A stretch of DNA of 64,000 nt, taken from NCBI GenBank assembly GCA_964035545.1, contig OZ037768.1, positions 2,946,741-3,010,740 of the forward strand, given 5' to 3'. This stretch comes from Bugula neritina (taxonomy: Eukaryota > Animalia > Bryozoa). The notes under the pieces are model-generated. The model worked only from the letters and a program-made list of their open reading frames with translations. It had not been told where the DNA came from and did not search any database. Of the stretch, positions 51,737 to 64,000 are shown piece by piece (within the stretch, counting starts at the first letter, position 1; each line of letters starts with the position of its first letter). Made by a program: the position numbers and the translations under genes.

Positions 51737-54700
51737 CTATGAGGAACTTTCTATCTTTATCTCTTCAAATACATCTACTATATCACCGATCAACTTGTGC
51801 ATCTCCAGGTAGGCCTGCAGAAAATCATATAAAGTCATTATAACTACCGAGTACTTACACCTAACTGTGAATAATTTAGTTCACACACTGGCAAATTTTC
51901 TACAGCTATTTACAAACTTGTCTATACCATTTTCCATGGATTTACTTGCCAGTATATATTATGAATTGCATTACCCACCTGTATATATAATTTCTCCTTG
52001 TATTTCATCTCTAGCTTAGCATCCACTCCTGCCTCAGTAGGGCTGGAGGGGTGCTCCATTGTGAGGGATGATGGAGTCGCCCGCTCCTCCACAGCTGCTG
52101 CCACCGGCGCGGGAGTTTTGGCCGGGGGATTCTTCTTAGTTGGTGAAGCTCGGTCACTTTTCTTTGCAGCTTCTTTGGTCTGCAACAGTCGAAAGACTTA
52201 TAATTCATCCCAATATCAGCTCATGTGTAACCCTATCAAAAGTTGACTTGTTTACAACACTGAAATCTCATTTGATCATCAGATATCAGCGGAGTGTAAT
52301 CAGCCCAGTGTTTCATACCTTAGCATCTTTCTTTGCTGCTGGCTGTTCTTTCCCAACTTTTTTCTCTTCTTTGATTGTGGCTTTAGGAGTTGATTTCGGG
52401 GCAGCTGTTCTTCCGCCTTAAGTTAGAAAAAGTGGGCAGGTTAACAAACATGAAATTGCTTGGTGGAGTTTTAATATAAGCTACTATTTGGAAATGAATA
52501 TTGTTTTTCATCTCGGATCGGAAATTCTTATAGACAAAATGAAAAAAAAATTATATTACCTTGGTTTATTATAGGTACATAATTATTATAAATAGAACAA
52601 AATGGCTACATTTCAATTTCAAATAATAAGTATAATATAGTAACAATCTCTAAGGCAAATAATATGCGACACGTTTGCGTTGTTACTCTACATGCATTTC
52701 ACATCATGTTAGCCACTGCTTGTTGAAAATAAAAGAAAATAAATTTAAAAAATATTATTAGCTCTGCTGTCAATATTTTACTCTGAAAAGTAAGGGCAAG
52801 GCTAAAAAAATAAAAAAAAGAACTAATATACATCTGGTGCTACTTCTTGTTTTTCAGATATTTGCTCAGCAATTGACTTTATTTTGTGCAAAAGTTAGAA
52901 AAAGTTATCTAAAATATGTGAAACTTAGGATAAAACAATGAAAATAGAAATGATTTTATATGTGTAGCATGTGTAGCTTGTGATGTCAAACAGCTTCTCT
53001 TACTATTGGCCCGTTTTGACGGTATTTCATCAATAGTTTTTTCAACAACTCCTTTGAGAGCTTGTTTAGCTGAAATTATTGAGTAGTACTATAAAACTCT
53101 ACTAGATTTTTATAAAATAATAAACGGAAAATTGTTATAACTGTTAAAATATGTTACTTTTATAATGCGTGAGCCAAAGTTAGTAATTGTTTCAAATAGA
53201 ATATATTTTGGAATTGTGTGCTCTTAGTTGAGACTACGTTCGGGCAGTGTTGAAGTTATACTATTGTAACATATTGATAGAGAAAAGTTCGAGATTAAAT
53301 AAAGTTGCTATCAATTGTGAAAAAGTTTAAAACTACTATAGTACTATAGCGCTATAGTGTCTAGAGAAATGACAGTTTTAAAAGTCATTTGAAATTATTA
53401 AAGCACATAGTTCGTAATGTAAGGTATACTACTGAAAACAATACAGCCTCTTTGTACATGCATGCATAAAAATTCTTTGATTTCATTTAATTTTCTTTTT
53501 TTACTAAGAAATATTTTTCGTCTATTTAGCATGCATTGACTGGACTCCAGATTATATACATTGTGTTAACTGTCATCTTGCTTAATTATCATATAATTTA
53601 TAGTAAATCTTCATAACACATTTACACAAATAAATCTTGAATGCACAAATGAAGTTGAATATTATATAAAACAATAAAATAAATAAAAATAAAGCAAAGC
53701 AAATGCAGCAGTAAAGTTAACTCTAAAGTCAAGTCATGGCATCATTATAAGCTATATTTCATCACCAGCTATAGGCTACAGGTAAACACTTGTGTTTTGA
53801 TAGACTTTGTGTAGAAGCTGGAGTTTCAGCGAATAATGATGCAAAACCTGAGGCAGCAGTGTTAGTGGTTGGGAGCACACCATGCATCTATAAACTGTGT
53901 TACCTGTGGTACTAGTAGTGCTGCCGCTGCCGACCACACCAGCTGAGTGGTCAACTGACAAGCGCTTCTTGCCAGCCGACACGGTTTTAGCAGAAGACTG
54001 AGAAGACAGTCTTCTGCTAATCGAGTGGCGGGGCGAGAAGCTGATCTCTTCGAAGCCTAGTAGGAGAGCAATTAGCACAAAACACGGTGAGCTACACACA
54101 AGGGAGATAACTTATGTAGGAGACACAATACATTAGGAGGTGGGCGGGAATTTCTTCTATCACTGGTGAAGGCAAGAGGTGCCAAAACATTCATCACAAA
54201 TTTTTGAATAATTGATGTTCAAATTGCGGCAAAAAAATTTATTGCTTCTGTAAACGCAGTGTTTATTTTTAAAAATTTAGAGTTTAGACAGTTCAGTAGC
54301 ACCTCAAAAGCCATCACCACTGATTTAGTCACATTTTAGGCTCTACCAGATTTTAAATTTTGGTTGGAAATTTCATCAATAACTGGTTTGTTATTAAGTT
54401 TCTTTTTAGATAACGCAAACAATTTGAGACTCATAACTGAGTTAGCAGCTAACATCCAAGATTGCCTAGCAGATCTTTTAAGAAAACCTGAAATAATTAG
54501 ACACGAGCACATTGAAATTGCAGCTCTAGCTAGAACAATAACATACATTGGTTATATTCGAGGTTGTATTACAATTATACAAGTTTCTTTGCTATGACAA
54601 GACAACAAGTGAGGTCTGACTAGAAGAACAGTTTTGCTGAGACAATTTCACAGAATACAGAAATTTTTAGAAAATCATTTAAATCTGTATAGTGCACACA

Positions 54701-57700
54701 ATAATGCAACATGTAGGTATTTCATTTTTATATAAATGAGGATTAACACAAAAGTTTTATAATATAAAACCATTTAACAAATTATTTATTGAATGTACAG
54801 AAAGAACTTTACTGGTATTTAATGTTAACCCAGAGCATGACTGCAGACTGCATAAGAAAGTTACATAGTAGCTTTCATGTAGCCTATTTAGTGCAAGAAG
54901 CAGCCAATCAGTGATGAACACAGCAAAACAATAATTGTGTTTCAAACATTAGATTGCTTAAAATCAATGAGTCAAAATTTCTACTGATCAGAACACGCGT
55001 TGGTAGCAGAAAATAGTCGGAACTAAGTTGTTTTCATCATTTACTGCTCTCTGAATCTTTATTGAAAGATACGCCACTTTTAAACAATAATAATACCAAA
55101 GAAATCTTTTAGTTCACTGCTAATAACCGAGTAAACTGTTACCATGTCGTATTATATGCTAATGTAATAGAATATAATATATTATAAGTGTAGTAGCACT
55201 TACGACTAGCATCATCTGATATATCGCCACACTCTTTCTCTGGAAGTCCCAACATGTGTCTGATTCTCATAGAATGTCCACACATATTGTCTACCGTGTT
55301 GGACAGGTACTGGTAACTAATAGCAACAACAATAACAATGTGTTATACAGATAGTGGCAACTAATAGCAACAACAATAACAATGTGTTACACAGATACTG
55401 GTAACTAATAGAAACAAAAATAACAATGTGTTACACAGATACTGGTAACTAATAGAAACAACAATAAAAATGCTAAATTCAACACCTGTACTCAACAGTC
55501 TGGCAACAGCCACAAATATCTTTATGAATTATATAATAAAATTGACCATATCTTATGAAATTAAATAATATATATAACCTAAATATAATTATTACATAAA
55601 TGATAAACAGAGCTAGCAAGCACATTTACAGACTATATAGGTGTGTTTCTATGGAAGTTATTTGTAACTGACTTGAAGTTTTTCTATTCTTTACAAGCAT
55701 AGCATTATTTCTATGTATTATTATTGTGTATTTATTTCTATATAATATTATTTGATTCTTTTATAACTACAGTTTCTCAACCTCACATATAACTTACCAG
55801 GACTTATACATTTTTTGAAGTTGTGGGTTGAAGTAAGGGAAGGACAACTGCATTACAGACTCATTGATAGTTTCTAAGAACGCAGGCCTTCTTTCATCAT
55901 CTACGTCTAGACTGAGGACTTCCTAAATTGACAATAGAAGAAACTCAAACTACTTTTAACAGTTTATCTTAAAGTATCCGCTCACTTATTTTAATGAAAT
56001 AATATGCAATGCATGATTTGAAATTGAAAAAGAGCAACAATAAAGATAACAAATAAGTAGTCATCAAATTACAATTGCACATTAAAGCTTTTGAATGTAG
56101 TTGTTACACGTCATCCGATTGGTTAACTCAGCCCCACATGGTCGCCGGTGCAATAGCTGCTCACCCACCTTCTTAAAGTCTGTGACATTGAGATTCCACA
56201 TGTATGTCTGTGGCCCTCCTCCATCTGTAGTCTCTTCATCTTCCCCTCCATCCATTGTAGGTGGACTCATTAGCATCTTGTGCAACTCTCTTAGCTTCTC
56301 CACGATCTCATGCTTATAGTATAGCTACAATCATAGATATATCTCACCTACACGTTCATAACAAATGCATGCCGTATAGTCTAGATTAAATAAAACTAGC
56401 AAGTCAAGTTGAAAATAATTAATGTTTTGACTGCTAGTAGCCATCCAAATTCTTACTTTTTGTAGGAAATAAGAAAACAAACAATACTTGAGCTACATGC
56501 ATACACATCGAAACTTTATAGCAACCACGTACCTGAGGATTCTGTCTTTGGAACTTGTCTTGCTCAGTGAGGTACGAATCTACAGGAGATTTTGGTCTAT
56601 CCGGTGATTTTATGCTACTTACTATATCTTCTATTAATCTCCGCATATTTTTCCATATTATATTCTTTTGCAACTTTGTCTAACAATAATTATCATGTTA
56701 TAGTTGAACATCTAGTTCGATTTTCTATTGCTAGTAGAACAAGGCGAATGCATTTTGTTTTAAATACATTTAAGCAGCAATTCTTATACTCTGAAACTAA
56801 TGCCCCTTTACTTTCAGCAATGACTCATTATTCCTACCAATTACTCATTATTTTAAAAATTATACATATTACTTCCACTACTCACTAGTTAGTAGTTACT
56901 TTAATCAGCGACAACTCATTATATCCACCAATGACACATTACTTCCACTAATCACTAATTACTTCAATCAGTAACTCATTACTTTTACCAATGACTCATT
57001 GTTTCTACCAATGACTCATTACCTCAATGAGGTCACGCTGTTTCTTGAGAGTATCTTCCCGGAGAGCCACTCCTCGTAGAGTGACAACAAGAGCAGCGCC
57101 CCCTGCAACAACAGGATGTGTTTGGAACTGCCATTGTTCACAGAAGACTCCAGCTTTGTCTGACTTGAACACAAAAGGAAACTCCAAAATGTGGCCGGGA
57201 AGAATCACTCCGCTGCTGGTGTTAAAGTAGAACCTTTGTACATTCGAATTGACCAAGTCAAATGGATTAGACTTTGGCAGCATCTAAAAATTATAAAACA
57301 TATTCATTTTATTAGCTACAATCAAAGAATCTTTGAAAAATATCCACACCACATACGAACTGTTGAACTTGAACTTATAGTTCAAACAACTATATTTATA
57401 AAGTCATAAAATAACAAAAATTCATTTCCTACTTGTTTGTTTAGAAAGTTTAAATTAACATTATTGTTCAATAGACATCTAATTACTATTTGAAAATAAA
57501 GATGCCCATCACCGCAAACTTTAACTTAATAAAAATTAAGCAAGAAACAAGTAAATTTTTGCTTTTATCATGACCCGCTGGCAGCTAGTTTAAACATTTC
57601 AACACCATGATACCAAGCTTTACCTTCCAACTGAAGTACATAGCAGTAGTTCCCAAGTTAATGATCTCCAGAAAAGATGTGGATCTACAGCCGGCAAATG

Positions 57701-60700
57701 TTTCAAAGGTTACTCTGGCATCCACAGCTACTTTTCCTTCACTACTATGACCATCTCCGGCCCACTGAAGAATTTCACCGGCAAATCTTATCGCTGGGCC
57801 AAAGATTGGAGAAGAATAGACATCGGGATGTTTGGCTAATGGGTCCATATTCTCATATTCATCTTCGCCATTTTCCTGATCTGAAACTGACTCGGGTCTG
57901 TCACTGAATGGTGTGGCAGCGGCTATGTATCTGGAGTACGGATTGTTAGTACCTATAACCTCTAGCCCACTTGTAAAAAGTGGATGGGGGTCCAAATCAT
58001 GCATAACCGGCCCCAACTCTGCTACTCTTTCTCGTAGAAACTGAGACTACAACGACAAAAGAGACATTTATAGCACATTTTGGCAAATGTTGCAGAATAA
58101 ACATAAAAACTTTCAACAAAATTAAAAATAGAACTTATCTCTAAAAATTAACTCAACATGTTAAACTTTGAAAACCTTTAAATGTCATAACTAAAAGCTA
58201 GATTGAAACTGCTTTAAAGCTTGAACGCCATAACCTTTCAAGACCTAAACTTTTGATTCTTATAACTATTAGCAAATATTTTTGACATCACAAAACCATT
58301 GAAAACAAGTTGTGACAAAATTTCAGAGCTGTGAACATTTTTCCGGTCAAATAGCAGAACTTACCCTGTGCCAAGGCTTGTTTAATGCTGAGCCTGGCCT
58401 ACTTATTGCCTCTCCTTTTTCTCTCCTGATGGTATTTGGAATTTCCACATGTTCAATGGGTGGTGGGTAACCCTGCTCCGTCTGTGTTAATGTCATACTA
58501 TGAAAACACAGGCTATATTTTATAGTAATGTAAGTTTTATAAGTAATTTCATAAAGCATGTTATTGAGCTGCATGCTGATCCCAATAACAAAACAGAACT
58601 AAATGCATAATATAATTATTTTAATTGATTAAATGAACATAACAAGAGACTTTCAGACATTGCTTGATTGAGCATTTTCTTTACTGGAGAACATTTTTTG
58701 CATATAGTCTATTATTAGTAAACTCTATAATTAAATTTTTAAGTGGCAATGTTTTTATGAATTGATGACCCATATTTAATAAAATGACCGTCAGCCAAAT
58801 TTATAATAATATTTAGATAATTGTTATTAACACAAGTTTATTGCTATAATGCCAATTATTATTATGGTTACTTGCAAAAGAAAAGCTGCATCCATATTTA
58901 ACTTAAAAGCAATATATTTTCCTAAATGTACTTTGACAACTTGGTTAAATGAGAGTCTGGCTTTTTAAATTTATCTTGTGGTGGAGGGGCCGGAGAGAAA
59001 CGACATCTCCCCAATAAAAAGATTGTACAATTTTCACTTAAGCTCAGAATATAATGTAAATTATAAGTTTCATTAATAACTGCAAACATTGCATAAAAAC
59101 TATTTGTTGCCTTAAAACATACTGTATGCCTTTTTCTTCATCACCAATAAGTTTCTTTTGTGCCCAAAATTCACTTCCAACTCTGTAGCCTTTGCCATAG
59201 TCTACAGCTGGAATACTCCTATCTATGAGGTGTCGCAACTCCTGCTTCTCTCTGTAGTTGTCTCCTCTATTCATAACTAATTGGCTTTCAGGTTTCTGCA
59301 GCAATCCTACAGAGTAATTACACATCCACTAAACTATTTGTGGTTCATCTACTCAACTAACTAAAAATGTATATACCAATCAAAGTAAATATTTTTTAGT
59401 TAAATTGAAAATGATCAAATTTGGCAAAAATTCTCAATTAAGCATTTAGATTTAAAATACATCCTATCCATAGCAACATTTTATACACATGTATGCGTAA
59501 AAAATTATTGCTTCATCTATGTGAGTTAATTGTGATTAATATTAATCTATAAATGAGTTGGCCATGTTACTTTATGTCAAGGATAGTCTACACACCACAG
59601 ACTGCTGTAAAGCATGAATCCAAATCTTATATGATAATTAGTCACAACATTTACTTTTAAACCAAGAAACGGCTAAACTTATAGAAGCCATTTATATCAA
59701 TATTGAAGTTTTTAGACAATCCCATTCAAACATGTGTACAGACTCCACATGATACATACTAACAGGTACATGCATATGAACACAACATGATATTATATAA
59801 TAACAGGTAAACGTATACACACAAACACAAAATGAAATATAATTACTTGATATGTAGCCTTGTTGTAACTTCCTTTCTCTCATCTTCTTCTGCCAGTGTA
59901 CCAGAGCATTGCTCTCTTCTGTACTCTCACACATGGGCTGAGTTCTAGTCTCAGCTTTCATCAAGATGGGCTTCTGTTTAGGTAGGGTGGCTGGTGTGTG
60001 CACCCTGTCTTGCTCTCTGATATAGTAATCGACCACAAGCTCTCCTAAATATTAACACTCTAAATATACTTCAAGACGTACGCTGAAATGAACCCTAAAT
60101 TTACTTTTGATTTTTTACCTGAACAACATATTAGTGTGAAATTACTTTCACGTCATAGAAAATTGAATAGCTAGACCTAGAGTAAGTAACTATTATAGTA
60201 ATGTTTGCTGTGATGTTTACCTGAAATAAAAATTGAATTAGGCAAAAATCAATAATTTCATTTATTTTCTTTATTCCTTCTATTGTAATTTTATTTTATT
60301 TTCATTTGACAGATTTTCAACTGTAAAGTAACTGACCACCTTTAATTGTGTTCTTGTTGTATTTTATGTAAAAACTTCAATCTGCAAAGTGCTGATATTG
60401 TACCTTTATTTTCAGCACCAAACTTGTACTCTTCTAATGTTCCAAGAATGCTATGAGCTATAACGTTGCCATGACGATCAAACCTAGGGCCAGAATTCCC
60501 TTCAGTTTCCACTGGTTTCAAGGGGGCCCTGGGAGGCGCCCCTTTAGCAACTGTAATACTTGTTGTCACTCGCTTAGGTGGAGGATTGGCATTGACTTTT
60601 CTTACATTAACTGGTTTTATGCTTTTGGGTGCTCTGGGAACAGCGTCGGCAGCGATGGCATCTTGCCTCACCTGAAACATGACACGTACTGCAGGTGAAA

Positions 60701-62067
60701 AAAGGTATAAACATAAATGAAATACATTCACCTAGACTCATAATATTAAGCTAAAAAAACACATTGTAAAATACTCAACAATAACATAACACAAATAATT
60801 TTTGTCGTTGGTTTGTAATGTTGAGTTAACCCAGCAGCCCCTGTGGTGTAATGGTTTAGCTCGCCTGCTTGCAAGCCAGAGGTCTGTGGTTTGAATTCCG
60901 GTGAGGGCAATTTTTTTTAAGGTTCAGTACTCTAGTTGTTTGCTCAAAATTTAGATTTTTATTTTATCTTTTAAAGAAATTGCTGTGATAAACTGTTTTG
61001 TAAAACTAAAATTAGCTGTAAAACAGCTTTAAACCTCTTTGCTACATTTCACCTGTGAAAAGCAGCCAGCAAAATACTTGATATCTGAAAGCAGAACTCC
61101 GAGAGGAAGCTAACAGCATATTGGAGTTATCCACTTTTTTACCTGTATGAGAGCATCCTGTCTAATAGCCATGCCTTGTATTTCCTCATCGTTGAGGACT
61201 GAAGAACGGTTGTCACTAAGGCTATCATCATCTGGTCCAGGAGTAGTGGGCTTATCTGGTGTGCTTGGCTTATATTTACCCTTCAACTTATCTACAATTT
61301 ATATATGCACCAGCTATAGCGTGTATGGGACACTAAATAATATCACATACAGCATATAGTTTAATGACAATAAAGCAATATTCACTATTTCTGTGATGCT
61401 AAATGTATATTGATGTCATCTATTGTGTATAGAATATTTTAAAATAGTCTTTTGTATATAACACAAGCTGTCTTGTTGCTTTCTAGCAACAGCTAATGAA
61501 TATTTATAGAGTATGTTAATAAAATGGTAACACTTGAACTACTTTTGTGTGTTAATTGCTTCACTAATCCTTTCTAAGTTGTAAACTCAGTTAAGAAAAC
61601 TTGCTTAAACATTGACTAAACACGGAAAGGCTCTAACCAACGCTACAAGTAAGAACTAAAGCTAAGAAGATAACTCTAACACAAACTTGAAACTAATCAA
61701 ATCATACTTTATAATAACTTTTTACATTGTATTGTGTTTGTGACATTACGACATGACTGCATGTAAACACTTCCTAAACGATACAAGTATTTTGATAGGT
61801 AATAGATTGAAACGCTATATATGTATGTATACACATATGTACAATATTACTAAATGTACCCATGCCCTTGTTCCACTGTAAAGATGCAATGCAAATCTGA
61901 AACAGATAAAATTGTTACTACCTACCCACAAGTAGTCGGTAAACAGAATTCACTTGAGCCGGTGATTCAGTATTTGTAGCCAAAGATGAAATCATTGAAG
62001 GGCGCTTTTGGCCATTTTTCCCTAACCTCTTGACTAATTTACTTAAACCGAAGTTAGAATTTTCCAT
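51737..62067 (-). CDS. MYCBPAP: MYCBP-associated protein (ciliary/flagellar); first exon(s) uncertain, confident from ~61290 down to the stop at 51737
   Basis: GPRFDRHGNVIAHSILG, ALVHWQKKMRERKLQQ, LVMNRGDNYREKQELRHLIDRSIP...GSEFW, LEIINLGTTAMYFSWK, FYFNTSSGVILPG...FKSDKAGVFCEQWQFQTHP and YKEKLYIQ. Confidence 0.85.
54161..54322. mobile_element. Possible small MITE with imperfect ~23-bp terminal inverted repeats
   Basis: CACTGGTGAAGGCAAGAGGTGC versus the reverse complement CAGTGGTGATGGCTTTTGAGGTGC. No TSD seen. Confidence 0.4.
55308..55470. repeat. 44-bp minisatellite TACTGGTAACTAATAGCAACAACAATAACAATGTGTTACACAGA, ~3.7 copies, spanning a MYCBPAP acceptor
   Basis: Direct reading of the sequence. 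Confidence 0.93.
56805..57022. repeat. Degenerate ~20-bp repeat (TACCAATGACTCATTACTTC) ending at a MYCBPAP donor
   Basis: Direct reading of the sequence. Confidence 0.8.
60837..60909 (+). ncRNA. Second full-length tRNA-like element, antisense in a MYCBPAP intron
   Basis: Collinear with 33333-33405, same CCTGCTTGCAAGC and AGGTCTGTGG, followed by T8. B box mutated (GGTTTGAATTCC). Confidence 0.65.
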
Positions 62068-64000
62068 AGCTACTTCAAATACCACGATTGAAATGAACTA
62101 AATTTCACATATAAGTAAAAACCTTTAAATTTCACTAAATCACTTGTAGTTTAGTGAAATTATGTAAACAAATGAGATCACAGCCAGCAGCAATGGCTGA
62201 CTTATGAATTACTGATCAGCAGAAACATAAGTTTTCTAATCTATCTAGTCAGGCTGTAATCCATCTAATCAGCGTAATGCTCAGTACATAATAGCATAGT
62301 TTGCTTGTAAAGTTACTGTTATTATGAAGCATGCACTATTGTCCAGCTGCCACAAACTACTAAGCTCAAAGTAAAACTGGCATTCCACGCATACTAGTTA
62401 AATGTCTGCAATTGTTGCTAAATTTTAAAAACTGAAATATATTTGAAAATTCATCAGGTTCAATTTAATATACAGACAAAGTAACTTATTAAAGATTATA
62501 CCTAAAACAACCTAGTCAATGGTGAGTTGTTACAATTATTTTTATCTATCTGTCTGTGCTTGTTTTAAGTTAGAATTTCAGCTGCTGTTAGTAAAACTGT
62601 TATATTTATAATAATTAATATTTATCTACGTGCATTGTATATTGGAGTAAATTCACTATCTCGATGACAAAGGATATTTATTAATAGGTTTCTTTCAAAA
62701 ACTATGAAAAGTGCAAGCAAGAAACAAAGATAATTAAGTAAGAACACCAATTAAACTTGCACCATTTTAAAAATGCAAAAACATGTATGGTGGTATCAAC
62801 TTGTAAAGTACAAACACAAGCACAATCAATATGTATAGTTTATAACTTCTAAATGTTGAGCCATATACAGCAAAACACACTTACCCAATTTATTGGTCAT
62901 GGTGCATACATTCTCATTTGAATATTCAACAAGCACAAAGCAACCAGTGTTAAGCATAAAGGTCTTATATCAACAATCATTTTATATCAGTGCTCTTAGA
63001 ATTCCTTGTAACATTAAACATTGAGCAGACAATTTCTATGACTTATGTATGGCAGGATTTGTATAACAAATTAAAAGATTTGACTAAAATTATAGAGAAA
63101 TGCTATACAATTATTGAAAACAAATAGTCAAAGGTATGCTTAGTGTATTTAATTCGACTTCTTTTTGTGATTTCATTTTACTGTGTTAAAAACAAACCAA
63201 AAACTAATGGCTAGAATTTAAATATCATATAGGCTATATAGTAAGAAAGATGAATAACTAACCCTTATGCTACGGCAGGCTTGTAAGAAACCATAGTAGT
63301 TGATGCTGCACATGATTTAATGCAGCAGAATTGAATATATAGTAAGTGCAATAATAGTTATAATAAGACCTATAAGTTAAAACAATGGTTAATATATGTA
63401 GTTCTAAAGCAGTAGCACAACCACAATGACAATGGTTCTAGCAATATTTCTTAGAGCTAAAATAAAATAAGCATGGCAATTTAAATCCAAAGATAACAGC
63501 CTTTAAATTTTAAAAATAAATGCATTTTTAAGCTAAATTTGTTTGTACAATGTATGTGACTTTACTGTCACGGCAGTATTGGTAAAATAAATTTCAACAA
63601 TATGACTCATATGTTACTATATAATTTTTTATTCTAAGGCTAATGATGATTTGTGCAGTGTACACCCTTGTAATTAAAAAAAAACTATCAGAACAAAGAG
63701 AGTGTGATTTTGCAATTATAAATGTAGTGTTTGTCAGCTTTTTCCAGCATTAGCCTGTTAGCATTTTGTCACATTGTTATTCTTGGTGAAATGAAATGAT
63801 AAAATCGAGTAAGTAATAGTAAGAAAAATGTTTCAAGTGACAGTTTATGCATTATTGTTGTATCTTAAATTGCAACATTAATATTAAATAGCCATGATTA
63901 TAAAGTTAATTGATATGCTTAAAGCTAATTAAGAAATAAAATAATCTGAGCAAATCTGAGTTACTTTTAGACTCAGTTATTAGTGATACTCATAGTCATA

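Noticed and set aside
54336-54597. Paired antisense ORFs in a MYCBPAP intron
   Set aside because: Short, no recognisable domain and no convincing splice context.

Overview
AT-rich, intron-containing animal (invertebrate) genomic DNA; the taxon cannot be fixed from sequence alone. Eight spliced protein-coding genes can be assembled by hand using GT-AG junctions: CCDC74-like (+), ANKFY1/Rabankyrin-5 (-), an ATF2/ATF7-type bZIP (+), two tandem Ly6/three-finger (quiver/sleepless-like) GPI-anchored genes (+), DMTF1 (-), an HPGD-like short-chain dehydrogenase (-) and MYCBPAP (-). Mobile DNA includes two copies of a tRNA-headed SINE with target-site duplications (TSDs), a TTAA piggyBac-type MITE, a family of short tRNA-like elements, and a TSD-flanked LINE-type 3' end with a ~700-bp 9-mer tail. 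The most striking pattern is that many introns carry their own private minisatellite abutting a splice site. In several the repeat unit spans the exon/intron junction, giving arrays of 4-25 duplicate donors or acceptors; one unit contains TACTAAC, a pyrimidine-rich tract and AG. Most long ORFs in the supplied track are artefacts of these repeats.
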